Source: a virus. Taken from it: a DNA stretch of 62,813 bases. Under the pieces are notes generated by a model that was given only the letters and a program-made list of their open reading frames with translations, was not told the DNA's origin and did no database searches. Position numbers and translations under genes: made by a program. Each line of letters starts with the position of its first letter. Positions within the stretch are counted from its first letter, which is position 1. Location: the IMG/VR virus record IMGVR_UViG_3300025711_000009; one strand, written 5' to 3'. Below are positions 54,103 to 62,742 of this stretch, piece by piece.

Positions 54103-55460
54103 ACGACGACATGTGGGACGGAGCCCCCGAGGCCCAAGACAAGACGTCCTTCGGGGACATCGACGCCGAGAAGGTCCTCGCCGCGACCGCCATGGCCCGG
54201 CCTGACGTCGTGGACGAGCTCGCCATGCAGGGCTTCGACCCGGCCGACTTCACCCGCGACCAGTACCGGTGGGTCTGGTACGCCGTCGAGGAACTCCGCG
54301 CCAGCTTCAAGGGCGGCGAGATCCGCTACATCGCCGTCGACCGGCAGCTGCAGGCCTGGAAGGCCGACGGCCGCATCCCCACCGTCCCGCTCAACCAGGA
54401 CCAGCTGACCGAGCTGTACGCCCACGCCCAGCACGGATCCGCCGACTGGTACGCCGCCCGAATCACCGAAAAGGCCGTCGCCCGCCGCCTCGCCGCCGTC
54501 GGCGTGGACGCCGAACTCCGTGCCCGCTCGGCAACCTTCAACCCCGACGAGGACGTGGCCGTCATCCAGGCCGCCCTCGACGGCGTCGTCCGCACCAGCG
54601 CCGAGGACGAGACCTGCCTCGTCGGGACCCTCCTCGAGGAAGTGCTCACTGAGGCGACGACCCCGCCCACCAACGACAACCGCATCCCGACCGGCTTCAC
54701 GGACCTCGACAACCTGCTCGCCGGCGGATTCGCCCCCGGCCAGCTCATCGTCATCGGCGCCCGGCCAGCCATGGGCAAGACCACCGGCGCTCTCGGGTTC
54801 GCCAGGGCCGCGGCAATCCAGCACGGCATCCCGACCCTCTTCGAGTCCCTGGAGATGAGCCGCCAGGAGCTCGGCCGCAGCATCGTCTCCGCCGAGGCCC
54901 GCGTGGCCCTGCACCACATGAAGCTCGGCATCGCCACCGACGACGACATCCAGCGCATCGCCCGCCGGACGCCCGACATTGCCGCCGCGCCGCTGTACAT
55001 CAACGACGGCGCCACCCTGTCGGTGCCGATGCTCCGGGCTCGGGTCCGCAACCTGGTCCGCACTGCCGGCCTGCGGCTCGTGATCGTGGACTACCTGCAG
55101 CTGATGCAGGCACCCAAGGCCGAGTCCCGTCAGGTCGCCGTCTCTGAGATGTCCCGCCAGCTGAAGCTCCTCGCCAAGGAGTTCCAGATCACCGTCGTTG
55201 TCCTGGCCCAGCTCAACCGCGGGCCTGAGCAGCGGCAGGAGAAGCTCCCGCAGGTCTCCGACCTCCGCGAGTCCGGCTCCATCGAGCAGGACGCCGACAT
55301 CGTGATCCTGCTGCACAGGCCGGATGCCTACGAGAAGGAATCCCCGAGGGCCGGCGAGGCCGACTTCATCGTCGGCAAGCACCGCGGCGGCCCGACGGCC
55401 ACGATCACGACCGCCTTCCAGGGCCACTACGCCCGGTTCGTGGATATGGCGAACACGTGA
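54099..55460 (+). CDS. dnaB: Replicative DNA helicase DnaB
   Basis: GFTDLDNLLAGGFAPGQLIVIGARPAMGKT, VIVDYLQLM, SGSIEQDADIV. Confidence 0.95.
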   Translation: MNDDMWDGAPEAQDKTSFGDIDAEKVLAATAMARPDVVDELAMQGFDPADFTRDQYRWVWYAVEELRASFKGGEIRYIAVDRQLQAWKADGRIPTVPLNQDQLTELYAHAQHGSADWYAARITEKAVARRLAAVGVDAELRARSATFNPDEDVAVIQAALDGVVRTSAEDETCLVGTLLEEVLTEATTPPTNDNRIPTGFTDLDNLLAGGFAPGQLIVIGARPAMGKTTGALGFARAAAIQHGIPTLFESLEMSRQELGRSIVSAEARVALHHMKLGIATDDDIQRIARRTPDIAAAPLYINDGATLSVPMLRARVRNLVRTAGLRLVIVDYLQLMQAPKAESRQVAVSEMSRQLKLLAKEFQITVVVLAQLNRGPEQRQEKLPQVSDLRESGSIEQDADIVILLHRPDAYEKESPRAGEADFIVGKHRGGPTATITTAFQGHYARFVDMANT

Positions 55461-55777
55461 CCGACCTGACGCCCGAGGACATCACCGCCGCCCGCGCCGA
55501 GGGTGACCTTGTCGCCCTGCTCCTCATGGCCGCCGGTCTCACGCCCAAGGCCCCCCGGCAGCGGAGCGCCGAACCGGCGCCGGAACTCGACCAGGTCCAC
55601 ATCGCCCGCCCCGGCGCCTGGCCCACCGGCGCCAGCCGGCCCGCTCCGATCGCCGCACCGTCCGGCCCGCAGATCGATGCGGCCCTTACCGACTACCGGC
55701 GGTGGCTCGTCGCCGACCGGCCCCACGCCACCACCAAATGCCCCTGCCCCGGCTGCACCCCCGGAGGGATCACATGA
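55457..55777 (+). CDS. Hypothetical protein (106 aa)
   Basis: GTGA overlap. Confidence 0.6.
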   Translation: MTDLTPEDITAARAEGDLVALLLMAAGLTPKAPRQRSAEPAPELDQVHIARPGAWPTGASRPAPIAAPSGPQIDAALTDYRRWLVADRPHATTKCPCPGCTPGGIT

Positions 55778-55950
55778 CCGCGGAGTTCACCGACAGCTGC
55801 CCCAACTGCCTCGAGCGGGACATAGAGCCCGTCCTGGAACGGCGCCGCGGCCAGAGCACCCGCCACGGCTACCAGTGCCCCCGCTGTCGTCAGCAGTGGA
55901 TCACCGAGCGGATCGACAGCGCCTACCCCAACCGCAAGCGCGCCGCGTGA
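55774..55950 (+). CDS. Zinc-ribbon protein (58 aa)
   Basis: ATGA overlap; CPNC...CPRC. Confidence 0.6.
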   Translation: MTAEFTDSCPNCLERDIEPVLERRRGQSTRHGYQCPRCRQQWITERIDSAYPNRKRAA

Positions 55951-55990
55951 CCCGCCGTCAGGCATCACGCCGACCCCGAAAGGCAACCCC

Positions 55991-56737
55991 ATGACCGAGC
56001 CCTACTACTCCGACGGTCAGGTCGAGCTCTATCTCGGCGATATGCGCGAAGTCCTGCCCACGCTCGCCCTGCAGGCCGACCTGGTCGTCACCGACCCGCC
56101 GTACCAGTGCACGTCCCTCGCCTGGGACAGCTGGCCGGAAGGCTGGCCCGCCATCGCGGCCCAGACAGCCAGCAGCATGTGGTGCTTCGGCTCGATGCGG
56201 ATGCTCCTCGACCGGCGCGCCGAGTTCGACGGCTGGAAGCTCTCCCAGGACGTCGTCTGGGAGAAGGCGAACGGCTCCGGATTCGCCCGCGACCGGTTCC
56301 GCCGCGTCCACGAGATCGCCACCCACTGGTACCGCGGCGACTGGCGGGACATCCACCACGACACCCCGCGGACCGCGTACAGCGGGCCCGACAAGTCGGC
56401 CCGCGGCCGAGGCTCCCGCACCCCGCACACCGGGGTCATCGGCCCGCACACCTACGTCGACAACGGGACCCGGCTCGCCCGGTCGGTGATCAAGGCGGGG
56501 GCGGTGCGCTATCAGCGGCGGCACCCGACGGAGAAGCCGGTCGAGTTGCTGGCCCCGCTGATCGAGTACGCCAGCCCTGTCGGCGGCCTGGTCGTGGATC
56601 CCTTCGCCGGTTCAGGCAGCACCCTGGACGCCGCCCGGATGCTCGGCCGCCGCGCCATAGGCGTCGAGGCCGACGAGCGGTACATCGAGGCCGCGGCCCG
56701 ACGGCTCGCCGCAGCCTCACTGATCCCCACCCCGTGA
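55991..56737 (+). CDS. DNA methyltransferase (N6-A or N4-C, beta class), orphan
   Basis: DPPY precedes VVDPFAGSGST. No restriction endonuclease gene nearby. Confidence 0.9.
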   Translation: MTEPYYSDGQVELYLGDMREVLPTLALQADLVVTDPPYQCTSLAWDSWPEGWPAIAAQTASSMWCFGSMRMLLDRRAEFDGWKLSQDVVWEKANGSGFARDRFRRVHEIATHWYRGDWRDIHHDTPRTAYSGPDKSARGRGSRTPHTGVIGPHTYVDNGTRLARSVIKAGAVRYQRRHPTEKPVELLAPLIEYASPVGGLVVDPFAGSGSTLDAARMLGRRAIGVEADERYIEAAARRLAAASLIPTP

Positions 56738-56812
56738 CGCAGACGGCTGGCCCCCTCGTCGCAACCGAGGGGGCCAGCCAGACCGATCATCCACCATCCC
56801 GAGGAGAACCCG

Positions 56813-57019
56813 ATGCACAAGCCCATCCCGTTCTACGCCGAGGCCGGCACCAGCGGCTGCCCCCACGGTACTGACGGCGACCACCCCCGGCACGCACCCG
56901 GCGGCGAGATCTGGATCTGCCTCGACACCCCTACCGGCGACGGCTGCGACACCCACACCGACGACTACGGCTACGGCGTCATGTGGACCGACTGCCCTGA
57001 GCGGCAGGCCGAGTCGTGA
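56813..57019 (+). CDS. Hypothetical protein (68 aa)
   Basis: GAGGAG RBS. Confidence 0.6.
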   Translation: MHKPIPFYAEAGTSGCPHGTDGDHPRHAPGGEIWICLDTPTGDGCDTHTDDYGYGVMWTDCPERQAES

Positions 57020-57366
57020 CCGCGCCCGCCCTCGACGAGCGCGAGCAGCGCGTCCTCGAACTGTCAGCCGCCGGGTTTACCTACGAGCACATCGCCCGCG
57101 AACTCGGCACAGGGCGGCCGTTCACGGCGAAGCTCGCTTCCCAGCTCCTGAAGAAGCTCGGCGCCCGATCGATGCCGCAGGCGGTCCTGCTCGCCTGTCG
57201 GGCCGGCCTCCTCGACGGCCGCCCTCAGCGCCACGGCGATCACGCCGGCTACGAAGCGCACCGGCGCCGCGGCGAGGACCCGAAGCTCTGCGAGGCGTGT
57301 TCGGCCGGGGAGCGGGAGCACAAGGCGGCCCTCAGGGCCCGCCAAAGGCTCTCAGCGCCCGCGTAA
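57016..57366 (+). CDS. LuxR-type HTH regulator
   Basis: EREQRVLELSAAGFTYEHIARELG... Confidence 0.8.
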   Translation: MTAPALDEREQRVLELSAAGFTYEHIARELGTGRPFTAKLASQLLKKLGARSMPQAVLLACRAGLLDGRPQRHGDHAGYEAHRRRGEDPKLCEACSAGEREHKAALRARQRLSAPA

Positions 57367-57520
57367 CGCCACGGAAGCCCGCCAAGGTCCCGTTTCAGCT
57401 CCCAGCTTCTACGAGCCCCTCAGAGACCCCGTAGAGCCCCGCCACCCGAACTCGCCCCACCGGCCGTCCCTGTGGCGGCCGGCCCGGACACCACCCACGC
57501 CACCGGAAGGACCCGCCCTC

Positions 57521-57847
57521 ATGCACGCCGAGACCAGCCCGCACCGTCCGCCCGCCGAGACCCGCCTCCCGCTGTCCGTGATCGCCGGTACCCGGCCGCC
57601 CGCCGGAGACCCGGGCTGCCAGTGCCTGCCCGCCACCCCGACCGTGGACGCCGCACACTGCGACAACTGCGCCGCCGAGGGGGACGACGAGGCCAGCCTC
57701 ATCCCCCCGTCCGAACGGCGCGCCCAGCTCCTGGGAGAGATCAGCGTGACGGTCGAGAACCAGCTCCGCGCCATGGGCCACGCAGCCGCCGCAGACGAGA
57801 TCCTCGGCATCATGCGCGAGCTGGCCAACGACGGGAGCGGCCGATGA
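57521..57847 (+). CDS. Hypothetical protein (108 aa)
   Basis: High GC3. Confidence 0.6.
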   Translation: MHAETSPHRPPAETRLPLSVIAGTRPPAGDPGCQCLPATPTVDAAHCDNCAAEGDDEASLIPPSERRAQLLGEISVTVENQLRAMGHAAAADEILGIMRELANDGSGR

Positions 57848-58014
57848 GCGGCCAGCCCCCACCCTGCGCCTACCAGCCTGCCGCCTGCGGATTCGACGAC
57901 GAGCCAGGCACCTGCCCCTGCTTCGACGCCGACATGACCCCGCCCGAGCTGTGGGACGAACCGGCGCCGCGCACCGTCACCGACGTACCGATCAAGATCG
58001 GAGGCATTTTGTGA
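57844..58014 (+). CDS. Hypothetical protein (56 aa)
   Basis: ATGA overlap. Confidence 0.5.
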   Translation: MSGQPPPCAYQPAACGFDDEPGTCPCFDADMTPPELWDEPAPRTVTDVPIKIGGIL

Positions 58015-58313
58015 CCGACCAGCCAGACCGCCGTGATCTCGCCCGTGCCGCCTTCGACGCGGAACTCCAGGTCACCGGCTACTCGCTGCCCCGCTACGCC
58101 CGCCAGCAAATCGCCGATGCCATCCTCACCGCCACGCTGGCCGCCGTCGCCGAAGAGCTCCGCGGCCAAGCCAACCACCACGACACCTGCGGCGAACTGT
58201 CCAAATACCCCGAGACCGCAGCCGGCCACCACAACCTCGCAGCCGGATTCCTCGCCGCCGCAGCCCACGTCCACAGCATGAACCGACAGTCGAAGGGAAC
58301 CCCCGATGACTGA
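58011..58313 (+). CDS. Hypothetical protein (100 aa)
   Basis: GTGA overlap. Confidence 0.6.
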   Translation: MTDQPDRRDLARAAFDAELQVTGYSLPRYARQQIADAILTATLAAVAEELRGQANHHDTCGELSKYPETAAGHHNLAAGFLAAAAHVHSMNRQSKGTPDD

Positions 58314-58851
58314 CCTGCACGGCTGGATCCGCCAGAAGATCGACGAGCGGGAAGCCCTTGCCCGGCAAGCCGCTGCGAACGGCGCGGACTGGACCGTCGA
58401 CCTTCCCATGCGGGCGATCCGAACCGCAGGCGACTTCGCGGTCGCCACCACCTCCGGCACGTGGGCCTGGCACATCGCCGCCAACGATCCGGCCGTGGTC
58501 CTCCGTCGCTGCGCCGCCGACCGGAAGATCCTCGAAATCCACCGCTACAAGGGCGGCAGTTGGGAGCCCTACGCCTGCGACGGATGCGGAGCCGACGACG
58601 TGGGCGCGCTCGTCGACCACGCCAACGACTGCCCGACCCTGGTCGCCCTCGCCGAGGGATACGGCATCACCGCCGACGAGCTCGCCCAGCTCGACCGACC
58701 CCAGCCTGACCGGCCGGTGAACCTCTACAAGTCCTACGCCGACCAGGTCGACGCGTATTGCCGCCGCCTCGACGACCTCCTGCGGCCGACCAACCCCACC
58801 TCCGCCGTCCCCGCCGCACTCCGCGGACCCAACTGGAAGGGCCGGCCGTGA
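58306..58851 (+). CDS. DUF6221-like protein
   Basis: VLRRCAADRKILEIH...CDGCG motif, from my recollection of that family. Confidence 0.65.
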   Translation: MTDLHGWIRQKIDEREALARQAAANGADWTVDLPMRAIRTAGDFAVATTSGTWAWHIAANDPAVVLRRCAADRKILEIHRYKGGSWEPYACDGCGADDVGALVDHANDCPTLVALAEGYGITADELAQLDRPQPDRPVNLYKSYADQVDAYCRRLDDLLRPTNPTSAVPAALRGPNWKGRP

Positions 58852-59198
58852 ACATCCACCGCGATCACGACCTCGTCGTCGCCGTATGGCGCACCGTCCA
58901 CGCCGGCGACTGGATCTGGGAATGTCCCGGCGAACACTGCCAGCAGTCCAGCGGCCGCGCCGCCACCCACGCCGAGGCCATGAACGCCGCATGCCGGCAC
59001 CTCGCCGACCAGTTCAACGCCCACCACCAGGTCGACTTCGCCACCGAAGGCGGCGGCGGTTGCGACGGCCGTGCCACATGCCGCTGCGGCACTGAACGCT
59101 CCGGTCACCCCGAAACCAACGCCGCCGAGAACGACCTCGAATGGCACATCACCTGGGCCGCGGAGAGCATCCCCGCCGCGTACCGCAAGCACGCCTGA
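58848..59198 (+). CDS. Hypothetical protein (116 aa)
   Basis: GTGA overlap. Confidence 0.6.
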   Translation: MNIHRDHDLVVAVWRTVHAGDWIWECPGEHCQQSSGRAATHAEAMNAACRHLADQFNAHHQVDFATEGGGGCDGRATCRCGTERSGHPETNAAENDLEWHITWAAESIPAAYRKHA

Positions 59199-59231
59199 CC
59201 CACCCCGTACCGCCCGCACGAGGAGCACGCC

Positions 59232-59834
59232 GTGAACGACGCCACCAGCACCTGCGCGATCTGCCGAAACCCGTCCAGCACCCGCGTTCACCCCGGCTGC
59301 GAGGAACGCCTCGACGGCAACCTCGGCGCCCTCCCCGGCCTGTACCGGGAACTCGAAGAGCACCTCGCCCCCAGCCGCCGTGGCGAAAGCGGACGCTCCG
59401 GCAGCCGCACCGCACCCCTGCCGGTCAACGAACGAGTCCTCGACCTCCGGGCCCGCGGCGGCATCGAAGGCGTCGTCACCACCTGGGAACGCGACGCCCG
59501 GGAAACCCTCGGCTGGGAGCCGGCACCGTTCCGCGGCGACGTACAGCAGACCATCGATGGCGCCGTCACCTTCCTCCGCCTGCAGGTCTCCTGGTTCTGC
59601 GACGCCCACGATGCCGTCTTCGAACTCGCCCAGGACATACGCCGGGTCCGCTCCGAATGCGAGGCGATCATCGGCGGCGACAAGCCGCCCCGCCGGATCC
59701 CCGTCACCTGCCCGTGCGGAACCGTCCTCCGCATCACCCTCGACACCCCCGGCGCCCGCTGCCCCGGATGCGAAGCCCAGTACGGGCATGCAGAGGTACT
59801 GCGGCTGCCCATGGCGGAGAGGTCCGCGGCATGA
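59232..59834 (+). CDS. Hypothetical Cys-containing protein (200 aa)
   Basis: GAGGAG RBS. CAIC...C at the N-terminus and CPCG...CPGC at the C-terminus. Confidence 0.7.
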   Translation: MNDATSTCAICRNPSSTRVHPGCEERLDGNLGALPGLYRELEEHLAPSRRGESGRSGSRTAPLPVNERVLDLRARGGIEGVVTTWERDARETLGWEPAPFRGDVQQTIDGAVTFLRLQVSWFCDAHDAVFELAQDIRRVRSECEAIIGGDKPPRRIPVTCPCGTVLRITLDTPGARCPGCEAQYGHAEVLRLPMAERSAA

Positions 59835-59835
59835 C

Positions 59836-59867
59836 GAAGCCCCCACCGCTACGGCGGTGGGGGCTTC
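59836..59867. terminator. Bidirectional terminator hairpin between convergent operons
   Basis: GAAGCCCCCACCGC-tacg-GCGGTGGGGGCTTC. Confidence 0.75.
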
Positions 59868-59879
59868 GTGCGTCCGGGG

Positions 59880-60548
59880 TCAGGCGGCGTCGGAGAGTTG
59901 GAGCTGAAGAGCTGCCAGGAGATCGGCGAGTTGGTTTGCGGTCATCGACTCACGCAGGATCGCAGCCGCCTCCTCCGCGCGCCCAACAGGAATGTGCGCA
60001 GTCCTGTCTTCGGCGGGGAGAACTATGTACCCCTTGGCGCGACGCTCAATGACGTATCCGTCGGTGACTAGATCGAGTAGTGCCCGCTGTACGGCTGCCC
60101 CAGTGACCCCAAACTGCTCCTTGAGATGCGCCTGTTTGGGCAGGGCGGTCCCGACGGGAAGCGCACCCGAGTCGATCTGGTTGCGGAGGTAGACGTTTAA
60201 TCCGCCGGCTTGGGGAGCTTGCCCCGCACCTCCGACCGCGTCGATCTTCGTTCGCTTCCGGGCACGAACCGCCACTGCCGCGTGCACTGAATGATCGGCA
60301 TGGAGATTGTGGCGCGCGTTGAACCTGGGCCGCTCCGTCTTGATCGCAGCTTTCTCTGCCTGCTCGGCCTCATTGCGGGTGTCGAACCAGACCAGCGTGC
60401 GCCGCACCTGAAGGGGATACCAGGTGTCCGCCGCATCCCGTGCGTGCTGCCCTTGGCGGGAGTCGGGGATGTATGCGATACCGACGTACAGCAGCACGTC
60501 ATCGGCGTCGAAGAACCTGTAGAGAGCGGTTCGGCCCTGGTGAGTCAC
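59880..60548 (-). CDS. GIY-YIG nuclease domain fused to GntR-type winged HTH
   Basis: ALYRFF..LLYVGIA...EAEKAAIKTERPRFN, then LPKQAHLKEQFGVTGAAVQRALLDLVTDGYV. GTGA overlap with the upstream gene. Confidence 0.8.
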   Translation of the reverse strand: MTHQGRTALYRFFDADDVLLYVGIAYIPDSRQGQHARDAADTWYPLQVRRTLVWFDTRNEAEQAEKAAIKTERPRFNARHNLHADHSVHAAVAVRARKRTKIDAVGGAGQAPQAGGLNVYLRNQIDSGALPVGTALPKQAHLKEQFGVTGAAVQRALLDLVTDGYVIERRAKGYIVLPAEDRTAHIPVGRAEEAAAILRESMTANQLADLLAALQLQLSDAA

Positions 60549-60967
60549 TGAGCAGCCCCGTCCTCGGCGAGAACCCCGGCCAGGTATTCCTGCACAGGCC
60601 CGAAGAGCCCCCACGGCACGTAGGTCGGGATCTCTTCCAGACGAATCCAGGCGACCTCGGCCAGCTCCTCCTCGTCGGCGACTCGGGCCTCCCCGCCGAC
60701 GACCTCGCACGCCACGTAGGACATGTGTCGGCCGGTCTGCGGGTGCACCCGCTCACCCAGGGGCTTGATCGCCTTCACCTCCAGGTCGACCTCCTCGGAG
60801 GTCTCCCGCACCGCGGCCTGCTCCGGCGTCTCGCCATCCTCGATGCCGCCGCCCGGGAACGCCCAGAGCAGCCTTCCCTCCCGCTCCCGCCGCCTGATCA
60901 TCAGGACACGTCCAGCGTCCGTAATGATCGCCGTCGAGATTCCCTGCTCGGTCGTCGTCTCGGTCAT
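60545..60967 (-). CDS. Nudix hydrolase
   Basis: Near-canonical Nudix box GGIEDGETPEQAAVRETSEEVDL; ATGA overlap. Confidence 0.9.
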   Translation of the reverse strand: MTETTTEQGISTAIITDAGRVLMIRRREREGRLLWAFPGGGIEDGETPEQAAVRETSEEVDLEVKAIKPLGERVHPQTGRHMSYVACEVVGGEARVADEEELAEVAWIRLEEIPTYVPWGLFGPVQEYLAGVLAEDGAAQ

Positions 60968-61635
60968 GCCAGCGCCTCCAGAACGGGCGGATAGATGTGC
61001 TGCTCGGGAATGAAGCGGGTCAGTTCGGCGCGCGGGATCCACGCGACATCACTGTTCTCATTGGGATCGCGGTTCTCTGCCTCGCCCATTAGGTACTCGG
61101 CGAGGTGGTACTCGATGAGCACCCCCGTCTTCGGGTGGATTCGCTCACCGAGGTGCCGCCGGATTGCACACCGCACGCCGGTCTCGGCGCGGGTTTCCTC
61201 GACGGCGACTACGGACGCCGTTCGTCCCGGCTTCACGGTGCCGGCCGGGAACTGCCAACTGAGCGAGTCGTCACCTCTTCGGCAGACAAGGAGGACGTCC
61301 AGCCCGCGCATTACGACGGCCACGGCCACCCGGAATGTCTGCGCTTGAGGTTCAGCTGCAGGCGGTCGAGCGAGGAGTCGGAATCGGTGGCGGTCGCTTT
61401 CGTCGGCCCTCTTGTAGGCGAGGTCAAGAAGGCGCTGCATGTCTGAGCGTGGCCGACCCTCCTGGTCGGCGTGCCACTTGCCTACCGTGCGAACTGAGAC
61501 CTCCACGTACTCGGCGAATTCCTCTTGTGTCATGCGGAGTGCCTCCTGAAGGAGGCATGCCCGCCGACCGTCCCATGAGTCGATCACATCCACTGTCGGG
61601 CCCCAGAAGCGTCGCTGGCGGGGAGTTGCTGACAA
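60964..61635 (-). CDS. XRE HTH fused to Nudix-fold domain with degenerate Nudix box
   Basis: MTQEEFAEYVEVSVRTVGKW, then WQFPAGTVKPGRTASVVAVEETRAETGV. The start (TTG at 61635) is uncertain. Confidence 0.8.
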   Translation of the reverse strand: MSATPRQRRFWGPTVDVIDSWDGRRACLLQEALRMTQEEFAEYVEVSVRTVGKWHADQEGRPRSDMQRLLDLAYKRADESDRHRFRLLARPPAAEPQAQTFRVAVAVVMRGLDVLLVCRRGDDSLSWQFPAGTVKPGRTASVVAVEETRAETGVRCAIRRHLGERIHPKTGVLIEYHLAEYLMGEAENRDPNENSDVAWIPRAELTRFIPEQHIYPPVLEALA

Positions 61636-61748
61636 CGTGCTGACCCAATGCCGACAGCGCGCCGACGTGGGCGGAAGAGTGCTGGAGTGTGCTGACGCCG
61701 CTCATGGATTGGCCGGCCCCTGAGGGCTTGACTCGAAGCCATGAACAG

Positions 61749-61982
61749 TTACTTCGCTGGCGAGCCACTGCTCGGGTCCGACCAAGGTCCGACCTCGGGG
61801 CGCTCGGGCTGCTTGGCGCCGGGCTCCCTCATGTACCACCGCATGAGATCGCGGATCACCCGGCTACGCGGGGGGCGCCCTGCCTCGCCGTGAACTGAGC
61901 GCGTCGCCTTGTCGAAGCGATCCCACTCGCTCTTCGTCATGCGGATCTTCGCAGTGAAGTCCTCGTCAGTCTCAGCACTCAT
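61749..61982 (-). CDS. Ribbon-helix-helix-like DNA-binding protein
   Basis: 77 aa; N-terminal AKIRMTKSEWDRFDKA (beta-strand then helix pattern). Adjacent to the repeat array. Confidence 0.7.
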   Translation of the reverse strand: MSAETDEDFTAKIRMTKSEWDRFDKATRSVHGEAGRPPRSRVIRDLMRWYMREPGAKQPERPEVGPWSDPSSGSPAK

Positions 61983-62001
61983 ATCAAGAGGTTAGTGCTT
62001 C

Positions 62002-62104
62002 GTGGCTACGACCTGCAAGATTCCAGCCATCTGGGTTGTGGCTACAAAAAGTCTCCGCATCGGCTTGCTTCGTAGCCACAAACACCCTAGCTTTGTGGCT
62101 ACAA
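62002..62104. promoter_or_regulatory. Four GTGGCTAC/GTAGCCAC operator-like sites in divergent promoter region
   Basis: cGTGGCTACg (62002), TTGTGGCTACAA (62036), cGTAGCCACAAa (62072, inverted), TTGTGGCTACAA (62093). Confidence 0.6.
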
Positions 62105-62194
62105 GGCGACTTCGGAAACGAAGCAGCCCCGCCCGGTGCGTCAACACCAGACGGGGCCTTGGCCGCGCCCCCTTCATCACAAGGGAGTACAACC

Positions 62195-62566
62195 ATGAGC
62201 ACCACTGTATCCGCTTTCACCAGCGGCTCTAGCGTTCCCCGCTCCATCATTGCCCAGCCCGCCCTTCGCCTGCTGCCGGGACAGCGGCCGAGCCTCGACT
62301 ACGTCCTCGACGCCCCGCTCGCCGACATGCTGTCCGAGCTGCATGTCGAGGTCATCACCTCCGAGATCACCGACGCTGAGTTCTTCGGCTGCGTGGTGGT
62401 CCGCGGGTCTCGGATCGTCGTGATGCTGTCGCCGAACCTCAGCGAGTACGAGACGGACTTCTTCACCCGCTACCTGACGGCGCAGGCGTACAAGCTGGAA
62501 ATGACTCCGCTGCCGACGCCGTTCGAGGTCGAGCTCAGCTCGATGCTGGAAGGGGTGCCCGCATGA
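62195..62566 (+). CDS. Hypothetical protein (123 aa), first gene of plasmid-like operon
   Basis: AAGGGAG RBS; high GC3. Confidence 0.7.
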   Translation: MSTTVSAFTSGSSVPRSIIAQPALRLLPGQRPSLDYVLDAPLADMLSELHVEVITSEITDAEFFGCVVVRGSRIVVMLSPNLSEYETDFFTRYLTAQAYKLEMTPLPTPFEVELSSMLEGVPA

Positions 62567-62742
62567 GCGCCTCCGCCCCGCAGGCCACCACCCAGCCCAC
62601 GCCGGCCCGGCGTTTGATCGCCGCGCCCAGCTCCGACCCGTCGATGGACGAGGCTCTGGCCCGCGTCCGCCGGATCGAGGCCCTCGACAAGGCCGCGCGC
62701 GCCGCCGCTTCCTACGTCCGACGCCAGCCGAGCGCCGCCTGA
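62563..62742 (+). CDS. Hypothetical protein (59 aa)
   Basis: ATGA overlap. Runs into the terminal overlap region. Confidence 0.55.
   Translation: MSASAPQATTQPTPARRLIAAPSSDPSMDEALARVRRIEALDKAARAAASYVRRQPSAA

Noticed and set aside
53943-55427. 494-aa minus-strand ORF antisense to dnaB
   Set aside because: dnaB motifs on the + strand are unambiguous; the antisense ORF is a compositional artefact.
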